A stretch of DNA of 64,000 nt, from assembly GCF_006345805.1 (NCBI RefSeq), contig NC_043002.1:46252001-46316000 (forward strand). Direction: 5' to 3'. Positions 25,507-38,601 of this stretch are shown piece by piece. Both the position numbers and the translations under genes were made by a program. Source of the stretch: Octopus sinensis (Eukaryota). A model generated the notes under the pieces. The model was not told where the DNA came from. It worked only from the letters and a program-made list of their open reading frames with translations, and did not search any database. Within the stretch, counting starts at the first letter, position 1; every line of letters starts with the position of its first letter.

Positions 25507-25687
25507 ATTACTCCACATCTTGAAATACTAACAGGAATTGTCAGCATACCCAGTGAAATCAATGATGTAACTTATGGCTTGCTTGGGTTTGCAAATAACA
25601 ATATAACAGATGACTTTCTTGGGCGTAATGGTCAAATGTGGCCCACAAACAGCTCTGACAGACAACTTTTTGAATTCGGAGAAACAT
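25507..25687 (+). CDS. VWD domain C-terminal exon
   Basis: ttatag|ATT...ACA T|gtgagt, 181 bp, phase 0 to 1. TYGLLGFANNNITDDF...QLFEFGET(W). Confidence 0.95.
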
Positions 25688-26084
25688 GTGAGTGTGATTC
25701 TTTAAACAGATTTCAAACTGAAATAAACTAAATTTTAAAGCAATCAGATTCAAAATTATGAACTTCAGAAAAGCATTTTCCAAAATCCTGGTCTAGAGTA
25801 AAGTTTGAATGAAGAAGTTTTAGTGATGTAATAAATTATGTCCACTAAAATGAATAGGAGTGTCACAGATGGTTGAACCTATATGATTCTAGCCTAATGG
25901 TTTCATGTGACTTTTAACTTACCACTAGCACTACTCCAAGTACCAGTCCATCTAACCATAAAAAAGTTGTTTACTTCAAAGTCAAATTTGTCCAAGCTTT
26001 CCAACTGTAACTATGCTGTCTTTTTAAGAATATATAAGATGGCTTTATTTAATGTGTTCTTTCTATATTTAGGACATTAGGGTG

Positions 26085-26323
26085 TGATTTCACATAAATT
26101 TGACTGCTGTTTAATACAGGTCAAGTGACTGTGTAAGGATTCACATATTGGCTCCCTCATTGGCTTATGTTGAAGCTCCTTCATTGGTTTATTGTAAATT
26201 TACTTTGCATTTACAATGAACCAATGAAGGAGCTTTAACATAAGCCAATGAGGGAGCCAATATGTGAATCCTTACACAGTCACTTGACCTGCATAAAACA
26301 ACTGTCAAATTTATGTGAAATCA
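26085..26323. repeat. Inverted repeat, ~115-bp arms, 9-nt loop
   Basis: TGATTTCACATAAATTTGAC...TTTATTGTAAAT ttactttgc ATTTACAATGAACC...GTCAAATTTATGTGAAATCA. Confidence 0.93.
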
Positions 26324-26850
26324 AGTAATTACTGTATATTTGATGAGAACTTTTGTTTGCTCATTGTGCTGAATTCAAATTTACCTCTGGTTGTGCATGT
26401 ATTCAGTCAGACTAACTTGTTCCAAATCAACTATATAAACAGGAAATCAACTAGTGGTACCTTTGTTATGTAATGACTTTAGTGAATGATATAATTGTAA
26501 AATATTAGTGATTCTTACATTCAAATAGGTGGACTGATACACACTAATTTGCACTTCTAAGATTTTATTTTTAATTGTGGCACAGTACAATGCTGGTGGC
26601 AAAACATTGCTTGATTCTCTTTGAAATAAATCATATTACATTTAAAACAGCTAAAATAAACTAAAATATCAGTGAATATGTCATTGTTGTATAATAATGA
26701 AAAACCTTGATACTATTAATTTTAGGAAGTATCTAAGCAGAGATTCAGTAACTGCTGTTCTTTAAATTCTACAATGTCATATTAGTTTTATAAAGAATTT
26801 ATATTTGTTTTTTCTGAATAAAAATCTTTAAAACATTTATTTTTCTTTAG

Positions 26851-27005
26851 GGAGGGTGAGAGTAAATGAATCTTTATTTACTTATACTAAAAAAAGAACA
26901 TTTAGCTCTTACCACAACCTAAGCTTTGTGCCACGATTTTTTGATGAGATGAATTTGACATTGCTGTTTTCTGGAAATACTGCTTTATTAGAGGAAACTA
27001 TGCAG
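26851..27005 (+). CDS. Post-VWD exon
   Basis: ttttctttag|GG...CAG|gtaggt, 155 bp, phase 1 to 0. (W)RVRVNESLFTY...FVPRF matches the W...SLFTY...FxPxF motif of this family. Confidence 0.92.
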
Positions 27006-27399
27006 GTAGGTAATGAAAATGAATGATTTTGATTATACTTTTACAATGATGTTTAGACAAATATTATCATGCTTCACTTTCACTTTTTTTTTAATTCAGG
27101 AATACTTCAAAATGTTATCTCTTTTAATCTGATATGAAATTTTGGTTGAAATTATACGATGAAAAAGAAAAACAGTGAAGCCCTTCATTACCAATCTGCT
27201 GTCCACTGCTTATCTTTAGCTTTGCTGGAATTAAGTAAATGTGATACAAATAATCCACTGAAATTATATTGATATACAAAAATAAATTGAATTCAAGCTA
27301 ACATTTAATGAAATAAAAATATATTTTGGGAAAAACAACAGCTTTATGGTCAAAAACTTTAGTAAAATGCTTGAAATAATATTCACAATTAGAGGAATC

Positions 27400-27665
27400 C
27401 AGTCAGCCAACGAGCCATCTTCTCCACCTACTATTCCTGAAACTGGGGTCATGGGGGTACAGTCCTCACATACCTCCTCCATAAAGTTTTTTTCAGAAAC
27501 AACCATCATTAGACTTTTTGGCTGAATTCTCAAGTGTGACTAACTGTGCCTATTGATATTAGCCAACCATCCCATTCTTGGTCTACCCTAGGTCTCCTAC
27601 TGGTTGGCTCAGTCTGAAGAATCTGTCTTGTAATTATTTCCAGTGACATTCTAATCAGAGACTTT
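27400..27665 (-). mobile_element. RTE-type LINE 3' fragment
   Basis: Decayed RQILQTEPTSRRPR.RPRMGWL, resembling the RTE RPRGRPRxRW motif. Confidence 0.65.
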
Positions 27666-28064
27666 CCTGAATCAACTGAAGATGCTGAAGATGTTGAAAT
27701 AGAGAGGAGATTGTTTTGGTCTGCAGTTTCTTATTCAGCTGTACAATGTTATAGAAGAAAGTGGTTTGGTGTGGCTCTGGAAGGTAAAAGAACTCCTGGT
27801 TTAACCAGAAAGTTTTAAAAAATGCCATTCACATAAACAAAGAATTTTATAAAGCTTGGCTTAGTTAAGTTAATTTTTTGGCTCAAAAAGCAAAAAGCAA
27901 GGCCATGTAGGGGGACATGGAGTTTGGAATCAAGTCACCCCTTTTGTGCAGACTATGCACTGAGGCATGAAAAACTGCAGCAGAGACAGTAAAATAAGTC
28001 CAAAGCTGAATCATGGGAGGACTCTGGGGCTAAGCTGGACTCTGACTATAGACTGGTCAATAAA

Positions 28065-28440
28065 GTATTCTGGAAGACCATCCACCGACTACATAACAAA
28101 AAGCCCTCTCCCACACCTGCCATTAAGAACTTGGCTGAGATTCTGATCACAACAGAGAAGAGCATTGTTGAGAGGAAGAGAAAATACTTTTCTGATCTAA
28201 ATCCAGTCACAATAAATTCTTCTGGTGTATTTAGTGGGTAATGAGGTGCATTTAGTGGGTAAAGACTAACCTCACAGAGAATCCATAGGCGTGATGAAAA
28301 TGCTCAAATGTAGCAAGGTTTCTGAAGAGTATGAAATTCAACCTGATATATTAAAAACCTTAAATAGAGAAGGTATTCTCTGGTTGATGCATGTATACCA
28401 ACTGGCTTGGACCTCTGAAAAGGTAGCAAAGCAATGGTAA
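28065..28440 (+). mobile_element. RTE-type LINE fragment (upstream of RT core)
   Basis: FWKTIHRL...EIQPDILKTLNREGILWLMHVYQLAW, resembling the RTE DEIRPEMLKAL...W region. Confidence 0.7.
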
Positions 28441-28615
28441 TTTGAGAACTAAATTATATATTCTTATATCAGTTGTGAGGAGAATTTGAACATTTTTTTT
28501 TAAATGAAAATTCACTATTTAAATGAATTTTTGAAAATCAGAAATGTATAGTATCTAATTTCTGCTTTTGTATTTCCACTATATAATTCTTGATCAAAAT
28601 ATTCTTTACCTACAG

Positions 28616-28739
28616 CAATGTTCAAATTACTCCTTTTATGAGGCCTGCCTCCAAGATTCTGCAAAAATGCAAGATGTTCAAGCAGCCATCCAAGGTGCAG
28701 AGATGCATACAGAGGCACTAAGTCTTCAGAAATATTTCG
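28616..28739 (+). CDS. Cys-containing post-VWD exon
   Basis: tttacctacag|CAA...TTC G|gtaaat, 124 bp, phase 0 to 1. QCSNYSFYEACLQDSAKMQDV. Confidence 0.85.
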
Positions 28740-30520
28740 GTAAATTTTATTATAGTTGCTCTAACTGCTTCTGTAGTTTGATTTTTTGTCATTTCTATTC
28801 ATATTCCCAATATATTTGTTACTTTCTGAACAAAGATATTGTAATATCAGTTTTAGTTGTCTGAGGTGCAGCACAGCAGAACTAAACCTAACACCATTTG
28901 GTTGCAATATGAACTTGTTTACCATACAGAAATGCTTGCTGTTTTCATAGTTGTTTGTTGGTAAATGAGGATATTTCTTTTTACTGAATTGCTTCATATA
29001 GGTCACTGATGTTAACTGTAGTCATTTGGGAATCTCTATGCTTTTTCTACTTCTGCCTATTGCCTTTTAATGGGAGAAAAAAATATGTCTTCAGGTGGAC
29101 ATTTGTAACTACAGTTGCTGCACTTCCATCATGCTGTTCAACCCACATATTATGCATAAACTCACTCGAAAATTTTTGCTCTCCTTCATAACAGAATGAA
29201 GCTTCTTCGTGAATCAAGCTTATTATTGTTGTTGTTGTCGATGTTGTTGTTAAGGCAGTGAACTGGCAGAATCATTAGCATGCCAGGCAAAATGCTTAAT
29301 GGTATTTCAACTACTACTACGTTCTGAGCTCAAATTCCACCAAAGTCGACTTTGCCTTTCATCCTTTCGGGGTCAATAAATTAAGTGAAACATACCCCTA
29401 TACCCCTTAACTATACCCTTCCCCCACAATTTCAGGCCTTGTGCCTATAGTAGAAAGGATTATTATTATTATTATTGTTAAGGCAGTGAACTGTCAGAAT
29501 CATTAGTACACCTTTAAAAATTCTTAATGGCATTTCGTCCATCTTGACACTCTGAGTTCAAATTCCACAGAGGTCGATTTTACCCTTCCTCCTTTTTGGG
29601 TTGATGAAATAAGTAATCAGTTGAGTTCTGAGGTTGATGTAACCAACTTGCCCTCCCCCTCCAACATTGCTGGCCTTGTGTCAAAATTTAGAATTTATAC
29701 ACACAACAGATTAAACTATTGGAAGAAAAATTCCTAACATCAGGCTACAACAAGTACTCTCAGACTCCATTGACATTCCTGCTTTATTGATGCTGTTGTG
29801 CAGTACATTGGCTTCCTCAAATGTAGTTTTTTGTAGGTTAAGCCTTTTATGTATCCTTGTGAGGTTTGTGGGGAATAATCATATCATTTAGTGTACTTTT
29901 TACTTGTTTTGGTTACTGGTCACTGCAGAGGTAAACAAATTGCATGGGTAAACAAACCATCACCAGTTGTCAAACAGTTGTGGGGACAAACATCAGCACA
30001 AAGGCATACACACACGCACACATGCATACTAACACATACATACACCGAAATACCTGGTACCTGACCATACTCAAGAGGATCTGTACTCTGCAGCAGAAGT
30101 ATTAAGACTGATCTTTCTAGTGAAGGCCTATACTCTGCAGCAGAAGTGTTAAAACCGATCGCTCTACTGATGTAAAGTACTCATAGCAGTGCCACATAAA
30201 AGCATCCAGCACACTCTGTAAAGCAGTTGGCATTAGCAAGGGCATCCAGCCATAAAAACCATGTGAAAACAGACAACTGGATTCTGGTGCATCCCCCCAC
30301 CCAGCTTGCAAGCTCTTGTCACACTGTCCAACCCATGCTAGCACAGACAACGGACATGAAATGATGGTGATGATGATGATTGGACTTCCACACAGTTTCC
30401 ATCCACCAAATCCACTCATGAGACATTAGTCAATTCAGGACTAAGTTGAAGGGAGACTTTCCAAAGGTGTGCAGTTGCAAAGCAATTTTTTAACCACATT
30501 TTTTTTCTTATTTATTTCAG

Positions 30521-30850
30521 AACAAATAATTCCAATACTAAAGCAGACACCAAAAGTTCTTTCAGTACAAATTTACAAGAATTTAACATTTAAACTTGAG
30601 CTTGAAAGAAATATTTCAACACCAGTTTCTTTCCAAGTGAAAACTAATTGCAAAAATTACCAATTTGATGAAAAGACAGGTATTTTCAACTGGACCCCAC
30701 TCACAAGTGATCCTTGTAGACTGAAATTCCATTCATTTAGTAACACCCATGTGTCACCGGAATATTGGCCATCAATTCATTTCTGTAACTGTAAAAATGG
30801 AGGGGAGTGTGATATTCACACAGAACAGCAAACATCAAAGGAAAATAAAG
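30521..30850 (+). CDS. Beta-rich spacer plus start of first EGF-like repeat
   Basis: tttatttcag|AA...AAA G|gtaact, 330 bp, phase 1-1. FDEKTGIFNWTP...HFCNCKNGGEC. Confidence 0.93.
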
Positions 30851-31254
30851 GTAACTTTTTCTTTATTTTTGAGCATATTTTATTTTTATATTCTTCATTC
30901 TTTTTTATTTATTTATTTATGTATTAATTTTTTTATTAAAAAGTATCACTTTTTCTGCTGTTAATTTGATCCTAACCAAACACACACTCACACACACACA
31001 CACATGAATGCTGAACTAGGGACAGATAACATATTTATATATCTTATCTTTTTCTTCTATCTGTTACTCATTTCAGTCATTAGATTGTGGCCATGCTGGG
31101 GCACTGCCTTGAATGGGTTTTTTTTTTTAGTTAATCAAATCATCCTCCAGTACTTATTGTTTAAAGTCTAGTATTAATTCTATGATAGGGATCCTTTTGA
31201 AAAAGCCTTTGTATACTGATTTTGGTTTTGTGATATTTATATTTAACTTTTTGT

Positions 31255-31580
31255 GAGGGCACGTGACTTAGTGGTTAGGGTGTTTGGTTCATGAGTGCAA
31301 GGTCGTGAGTTCAATCCTGGCAGTGTTTTGTGTCCTTGAGCAAAACACTTTATTTTACATTGCTCCAGTCCACTCAGCTGGCAAAAATGAGTCATACCTG
31401 TATTTCAAATGGCCAGCCTTGTTACACTCTGTGTCATGCTGAATCTCCTTGAGAACTACATTAAGGGTACACGTGTGTGTGGAGTACTCAGCCATATGCA
31501 TATTAATTTCATGAGCAGGCTGTTCCATTGATCAGATTAACTGGAACCCTTATCATCATAACCAATGGAGTTCCATATTA
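31255..31580 (+). mobile_element. tRNA-derived SINE family D
   Basis: GACTTAGTGGTTAGGG and GAGTTCAATCC boxes; GTGTCCTTGAGCAAAACACTTTA core. Confidence 0.75.
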
Positions 31581-33091
31581 TATTATATTTGACTTCCCAT
31601 AGCATAAGAATACATTTCAAATCAGGACCAACAGCAAGTGAAACTGTTGTTAATTAAATTATTACTCTACAATTCTCTTTCTGCTTACAATAATGAACTG
31701 TACCTCCCATGATACTTTTCTATAAGAAGAAGTACTGAGCTAGTAAAGAGTTGATTGTCTTTGCCAGAAACATAATATAACACTCATTACAAATTGGGAA
31801 TTTTTAACTCTTATAAAGTCACACATGTAGTGATGTGTAGCCGGTAAATGACAAAATGAAAAATATTGATATGGCTTTTATTTTTTGTTACAATGTAAGA
31901 TACAACTTTTTCTACAGGTTGTTGTACACAGATTATTTGAGGTTGTGTTATTCATTCTGTAGGTAGTTAAGTTCATCTTTTATTGACTGCTGGGAGAACA
32001 GATGGAAGAGGGGAGAGAAAAAGTAAAAAGAATTTACCTCTTTGTGTTGACAAGTAGAGAGGGTGTAAGTTGTACAGTCCTGCAGCGACAAGCCATAAGT
32101 GGAGTGAGTGAAATGCAGATGTGCTCTTCCAGTGAAAGGCCAAGTGAAAGAGATAGAACTGAGTTTGGGTTCTGTATTTATACTTTTTTCTAAGTAAATT
32201 AGTTTAAGCTAACCAAAGGATTCTTCTTCTGTTATCTGCCTTGAGCTTAGTTTGACTTGAAATATTCACTGGTTAACAGCTGGCTCTCATAAATTTTCTA
32301 GTGCAAATGCCAAGAACAATAGAAAGGTACTTGTAGAAAAGTTTAAGCAAGGTTTCAAATTTTGGAAACTATTCACTGCACATACATAGTATTTTCTTTT
32401 TTTTTTTCGCCCTTTTCAAGCCTAGCCAGGCTCATGGGCCCGGTTTCTGTGGCGTATGTGTTCCCCCCAGCTGGAAGGGACGCCAGTCCATCGCAGCGTT
32501 ACTCAAGAAACAGGAAGAGAGAGTGAGAGAAAGTTGTGGTGAAAGAGTACAACAGGGGTCGCCAGCACCCGGTGCCAGAACCTTGTGGAGCTTTTAGGTG
32601 TTTTCGCTCAATAAATACACACAACGCCCGGTCTGGGAATCAAAACCACAATCCTCCGACTGCGAATCTGCTGCCCTAACCTCTGGGCCATTGCGCCTCC
32701 ACATAGTATTTTAGTTTTTTAATTTGTTTTAAGATCAGAGTAAGACCATCCTAAAGCATCACCTTTGATACATATATACACTCACACAGCTTTCTTTATT
32801 TATTCTGTTTTGAGTGCATGTTGTGTGCTTTGAATTTGCTTAATTGTGAAGCCAACATTGTTTTCTGTATGTAAGATGATTACACTTGAATAAACTTTCT
32901 CTCAGGGTGAGTATAAAGGATCTCCAAATTACATAAGTCTCATTCCTAATCACTAACACTTATTGAATTTAGTTTTCAATCCAAAACGATGTTTACAGTA
33001 AGACTATTTTACAGACATATGATAAGTTATTATCTTGCCATGTTAAGTAAGTAATGTATCATTAAACATTTACATATTAACTATGTTACAG

Positions 33092-33268
33092 ATAAATTTT
33101 ACAAAGCTGCATGTATTTGTCCAAAGAATTTCGGTGGCGACCAGTGTGAAGTAAGACCTTGTAATTTAAGCCATTGTCATGAGAATGTGCGATGTAAAGA
33201 AAAGTCTGGCATTCCAGTGTGTGGTAACTGTCCATTTTCAATGGTTGGGACAGGCAAGGTTTGTTATG
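33092..33268 (+). CDS. EGF-like exon
   Basis: atgttacag|AT...TAT G|gtaaat, 177 bp, phase 1-1. CICPKNFGGDQCEVRPCNLSHCHENVRC...CGNCPFSMVGTGKVC. Confidence 0.95.
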
Positions 33269-33577
33269 GTAAATATATTTGCCTATTTTTAACCTGTTCA
33301 TATTCTTGGTATAAATAAGGTGGTGAACTGGTAGAATCATTAGCATGCCAGGCAAAATGCTTAGCGGCATTTCATCTGTCTTTATGTTCTGAGTTCATAT
33401 TCTTGGTATCACTGCAGTTTACATCTTTCCTTTTTCACAAAAACTTTTACTTTCTTTGTTTATTATTATACATGCAATTCCTCACACTTTAAACCCTCCT
33501 ACTTTCATGATCTGATAGCTTTTCCTTTGTTCAGTTTTTTTATATAAACAAGCTATATATAAGAACAAATGACATAC

Positions 33578-33614
<37 letters not shown>

Positions 33615-33677
33615 TAATATATATACATATACATACATAGAGACACACATATGTAAATATATATATATATATATATA

Positions 33678-33798
33678 TTAATTTATTATACAGAAGGAGC
33701 TTCTACAGGACTAGAACTGTTTCATTCAAGAGAAATCTGATTTCTCTTGAATGAAACAGTTCTAGTCCTGTAGAAGCTCCTTCTATATAATAAATTAA
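33678..33798. repeat. Near-perfect 121-bp palindrome (60-bp arms, 1 central nt, 1 mismatch)
   Basis: ...AGAAGGAGCTTCTACAGGACTAGAACTGTTTCATTCAAGAGAAATC t GATTTCTCTTGAATGAAACAGTTCTAGTCCTGTAGAAGCTCCTTCT..., centre 33738. Confidence 0.95.
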
Positions 33799-34169
33799 TT
33801 TTACTCTGCTATGTATTGAGTACCTTATTTACTGTGGTTAACCCCGAATCAACCCGGGACCTACATATATATCATCATCATCATCATCATCATTTAGCGT
33901 CCGTTTTCCATGCTAGCATGGGTTATATATATATAACGAGAAAGGAGGAGAGAGAGAGAGAGAGAGAGAGCAGGGTTCTAGTTTCCATCTATCAATTCCT
34001 CTCACAAGGCATTGTTTGACCTGAAGCACTTGTCCAAAGTGACACTCAATCAGACTGAACTTAAGACAACATTCTTGAGAAGTAACCTTCTAAAGAAAGG
34101 AAATTTCAAAACTAATCTTTGTAAGCATTTTCATAAATGTAACAATTGTTTTTAATATTTTGTGTTTAG

Positions 34170-34242
34170 GGTTTTGCTCTATAATACCATGCAAAAATGG
34201 TGGGTCATGTAACAGGATGAAAAATGGAACATACTACTGCAA
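34170..34242 (+). CDS. EGF-like exon, first half
   Basis: tgtgtttag|GG...TGC AA|gtaaat, 73 bp, phase 1 to 2. FCSIIPCKNGGSCNRMKNGTYYC. Confidence 0.93.
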
Positions 34243-34535
34243 GTAAATGAAATTTTATCTTCTTATTTTCCTTAATGAAATGTAGTGTCTTGCTTCTTTT
34301 AATGTAATTGTTTTGTTCACGATATGTTGCATTTTCTTATGTTATGTTTATTGGTTTGAAGTTTGAGAAATATTTGTCAGGTATTAAATTTGATAAAGAA
34401 ATTTATCTATAATCTCTCTAATCTTTATAATTCACCAAGAAAATTGGTGAATTATATTTTATTTTATATTTATCATGTGAATAATAAATTTCTCCTGATG
34501 ACTAAAGAAGATACGTTTTTTCCTTTTATTCAAAG

Positions 34536-34588
34536 ATGCCAAGAAGGTTTTGGTGGATATTTTTGTGAAGGAAGTAATGTTAATATCA
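34536..34588 (+). CDS. EGF-like exon, second half
   Basis: ttattcaaag|A...ATC A|gtaagt, 53 bp, phase 2 to 1. CQEGFGGYFCE. Confidence 0.92.
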
Positions 34589-35719
34589 GTAAGTACAACT
34601 TAATTCTTTAAAAAGAAAATTGATTTTGCTTCTTTGTTTTGAAGGTAAAACCCAGTTTGTGTTCAATTAAATTTTACAAATGAGATTTCTTTCATAAAAT
34701 TTTCATTTCAATCAAAGATTGTTTTCCTAGACAAAATTAAAACTGTAATGGTAAAATTTTGCTGCACATTTTACGCTTTGGTTAGTTTCTCTACAGAGAA
34801 ATCATCTAATTAGTTACAAAAAAATCAATTATAAAGTCTAAGTCCTTTATGCTTAAAATAGAACTTATTGCAACAATACTTGTTTCTCCTAACAACTAGT
34901 TACCAACTGTTTTACAACCATGCTTTCTCCCTCTATGAGTATCTACCCCAAACTATGGAAATTCATGATGATGTGTGCTGGAACCAATAATTCGACATCT
35001 CCAATCTTACCAAATACTGACCTATCATACTCAAATTCAACATCTCAGCAGTGAGGGGGAACAATTGTAGACAATAATCATCTTTGTAATCTTGTTCCCT
35101 TTTCATCTCAGTTGCTACCAATTCCATTTCCAGAAAACTACATCTTCTTGAGACGTGTAGTCCTTTTAAACATGCTCAGAATTGGCAAAAGTAATGTTAT
35201 CCCACTGATCATCAGCAACAACCTTAGCTATATTTGAATTAAGAACTTCCTAAAGCAGTTGCCCACTTATGACCTTTATTTATCCGAGTACTCTGAAGCC
35301 AAAAAAGGAGTTTATAAATGGTTGCTCAACTAGCTAGAAGTAGCTGCCAAATCTTCCTCATACCATATCATCATAAAAATAGACTCATTGGATAATATAA
35401 TCCTAGACATGCTTGAAAATAAGATAGGTTGGTGACAGCTGGAACATTTTTAATCATAGGTCTTTTCAATCAAGGCCTATAATTTAAACAGTAACACAGC
35501 TGCCCAGCTCATACCACATCTCCTATTTGATTATTCCATCTCAGTTTAATAAGGCAGTGTGGAAACCACTTCAGTGTATTTTCTTGAAGATCACTGAATG
35601 GCCCAAGGAGTCAATTATGTAAAACATTGTAACAATATATATAATTCTTGGACACTTTTATCTCATTCAGTGATTTTCTCTGAGAAATTCTAGTCAAGTA
35701 TTGCCAGATGGATTATAGT

Positions 35720-36055
35720 GTAAATATTGCCAAAGATAGAGATCTAGAAGTCTCTTATTCTGATTTTCTAGTTTTAAAAAATGAGAGGCAAATCTCCTTT
35801 TGGATACAATATGTGTTTATCTCAAGTAACATTTCCTTCTTAGTCCTAAAAGCTAAATGAACTGTATCACTGTATTACTATATCGGCCAATGTAAATACT
35901 TCTAAAAATAAAGATCTGGAAGTGTCTTATTCTGGTTTTCTAGTATTAAAAGATGAGAGGCAAATCTTCTCTTCGATACAACATGAATTTATCTCAAGTA
36001 ACATTTCCTTTTTAGCCCTAACAGCTAAACAAACTGTATCATTGTATTATTATAT
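35720..36055. repeat. Diverged tandem duplication, period ~172 bp
   Basis: GATCT(A/G)GAAGT at 35741 and 35913; TTTATCTCAAGTAACATTTCCTT repeated colinearly. Confidence 0.8.
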
Positions 36056-36620
36056 GGACCAGGCTATCAGATGTTGTTACACACTACTGGTCACAATGTG
36101 CTTCCTTGCAGTTTTGAAGTTTTCAAATGATGCCATCCTGCTGGCTGGGTAGGCAGGCCAACATTTTTCCTGAATGGGACAACAGTTCATTGCAGGGTTG
36201 TGCATGTATAGATGGGTGGACTGAAGCAACATTAAAAGAAGTGTTTTGCTCAAGAACACAAGGTACTGCTTGTCTGGGAATCAAAACCAAGATCTTGAAA
36301 TTGTGAGTGCAACATCCTAACCACTAGGCCTTACGTCTTCACCTTAGTGAACTATATATCTATATATATAGATATATAGTTAATCCAAACATGTAAACAC
36401 AAAGAGAAAACACAACAATGTGAGGACGGGGAACAAGTATAGTATTATTGGATGCTCAGGAAAGACAGAAAGAAGGAGGGTTTAACGTTTCGAGCGGAGT
36501 TCTTCATCAGAATCATAAGAAAAGGAAAAATCCAAAGAAGGGAAGACGGAGAAAAAAAAATCGCCAACAGTACACATGTGGTCAGAAATAAATACACAAC
36601 AAAAACACCTGCAACTTTAA

Positions 36621-36813
36621 CCTTTTAGCTTTTAATCCATCCATATCTGGGTTGAAACCAGCCAGATCTGGTATCTAACACCTACTTTACAATATTATTC
36701 TAAAAACAACCAATTCCATCATTGAAACATTGAAGTTATGAGAAAACGCAAAATTAATTCAAACCAATGTGAATAATTAAGCATTACATTTGAATAATTT
36801 GAATGCTAAAGGA
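36621..36813. mobile_element. piggyBac-type MITE (diverged)
   Basis: TTAA|CCTTTTAGC...TGCTAAAGGA|TTAA. Confidence 0.75.
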
Positions 36814-37019
36814 TTAAGGACTATAAAGGACTATCAGTTGAAATACTTTATCTACTGAGCTGTTTAACCTGCAGTTGATATTTGACCAAATCTTGGTCCC
36901 CAGAAACACAGACACTATTTATAGATTATTCAATGTACAGTTACTAAGTAAAAAAAACAATATTGGCTGACAGTAGTCTGGAGGAAATGAATGGACAGTT
37001 GAGACAGACATGAAGTTAA

Positions 37020-37490
37020 ATAAATCATCGTTGTTATTGTTATCATTATAGTCAGCATCACCACCATCACCAACACTATCGTCAATACCATCATCACCAT
37101 CATCATCATCAACATCGTTTCCATTGTCCTTGTCATCGTGGTCATCATCATCATCTTCAGTGTTTTCATCATCTTCACCACCGTCACCACTAACACCATC
37201 ATTGTTTTGACTTCATCATCATTGTCATCATTATCATCATCATCATCATTATCATCACCACCACCACCATCACTACCACCACCATTAACACCACCATCAC
37301 AACTACCACTACCATAACCACCACCACCACCACCACAACCACCACCACTACAACCACTACCTCTACTACAACTGTCACCACCACAACCATCAAAAGTACC
37401 ATAACAACCACCACCACTATGACTACTGCCACCACAACCTTCACCACCAGCACCACCATTATGACCACCACCACCATCATCATTATTTTA
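37020..37490. repeat. Degenerate (CAC/CAT/CAA)n low-complexity tract
   Basis: Trinucleotide mosaic that produces the Val/Met-rich ORF-track hits. Confidence 0.9.
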
Positions 37491-37840
37491 TGTCAATTTT
37501 TCCCATGCTGGCATGGGATGGAATGATCTCACAGCATCTCACCATTTGCCATAGTTCTTCTTCATCTTCCATACAGAGCAACAGAGATAATCACCAATCT
37601 TTTAATGGTTTTAATGGTTTTAGTGGTTTTAGTGGTTTTAATGGTTTTAATGACTGGCTGCCCCTTCCTTGAAAGGGAGAGGCATTTAGTCATTACTGCT
37701 ATCCTAGATAGGTTTGCCCACACGTTGTTTAGGAAATTCTGCACATCGGGACTGAACTTGAGATCACATGGTTGGGAAGCAAGTTTCTTAACTGCACAGC
37801 CTTGCCTGCATCTAGATACATACATACATACATACATACA

Positions 37841-37872
<32 letters not shown>

Positions 37873-38380
37873 AAATTTATATTTATATATATATATAAAT
37901 AATCAGAAAATGGAGAAAACTTCAGATCAACAAACAAATCAATTGGACCACATCTGTATCTTATTATTATTTAATACAAAACATGACATAACATTCATGT
38001 GGCATAACAATTCTTACAGCCGTTTCAGTTTCCAATGCCAGTCAGTGCCTATGAAAGAATTGCAGAAATAATATTCTTCATCTTCATAGGATATTTGAAC
38101 TAAAGCATGGAACTTCATCAGAGTGAATACAAAAGTGTCCAAAATAAACAAAGGGAAGAGAGAATAGAAAACACGGCCTAGGGAAGAAGTCTGGAGGTCT
38201 AATATATTAAAATCATACAATCTTCCATCATAGGGCTTCAAAGTCTGTAGGCAAAAGAGTGATCTAGCAATAGTCTAGGAAAAATTTTTTTTCAAGTTAT
38301 TTCAATTTTTCTTTCTTTCTCACAATTTTTTATGATTTATATTCATCCTACCCATGCCAGCATGGAAGGCAGATATTAAA

Positions 38381-38601
38381 CCCTCGCACAGTCTCCCTCC
38401 ACTGTTAGGGTGTGACAATTTTTCACACAGCTGTCCTCATCCATACACAACACATAACACATGACTATACCAGCATAGTCATTTCTCTTACATACCACAT
38501 CTGATGCTTCAGATGTCCAACTTTTCTCTCAGGGTGCTTATACTCTGTCATGTATGCACACTGACGTTACACATCCAGCAGAGCATACTAGCTTCATTTC
38601 T
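38381..38601 (-). mobile_element. RTE-type LINE 3' fragment
   Basis: RNEASMLCWMCNVSVHT*QSISTLREKLDI*SIRCGM...CWYSHV, resembling RTE MLRW...LRWYGHV. Confidence 0.8.

Noticed and set aside
37020-37490. Thr-rich stalk exon between EGF and TM exons
   Set aside because: No usable acceptor/donor pair, the frame is not maintained, and the flanking exons already join in phase.
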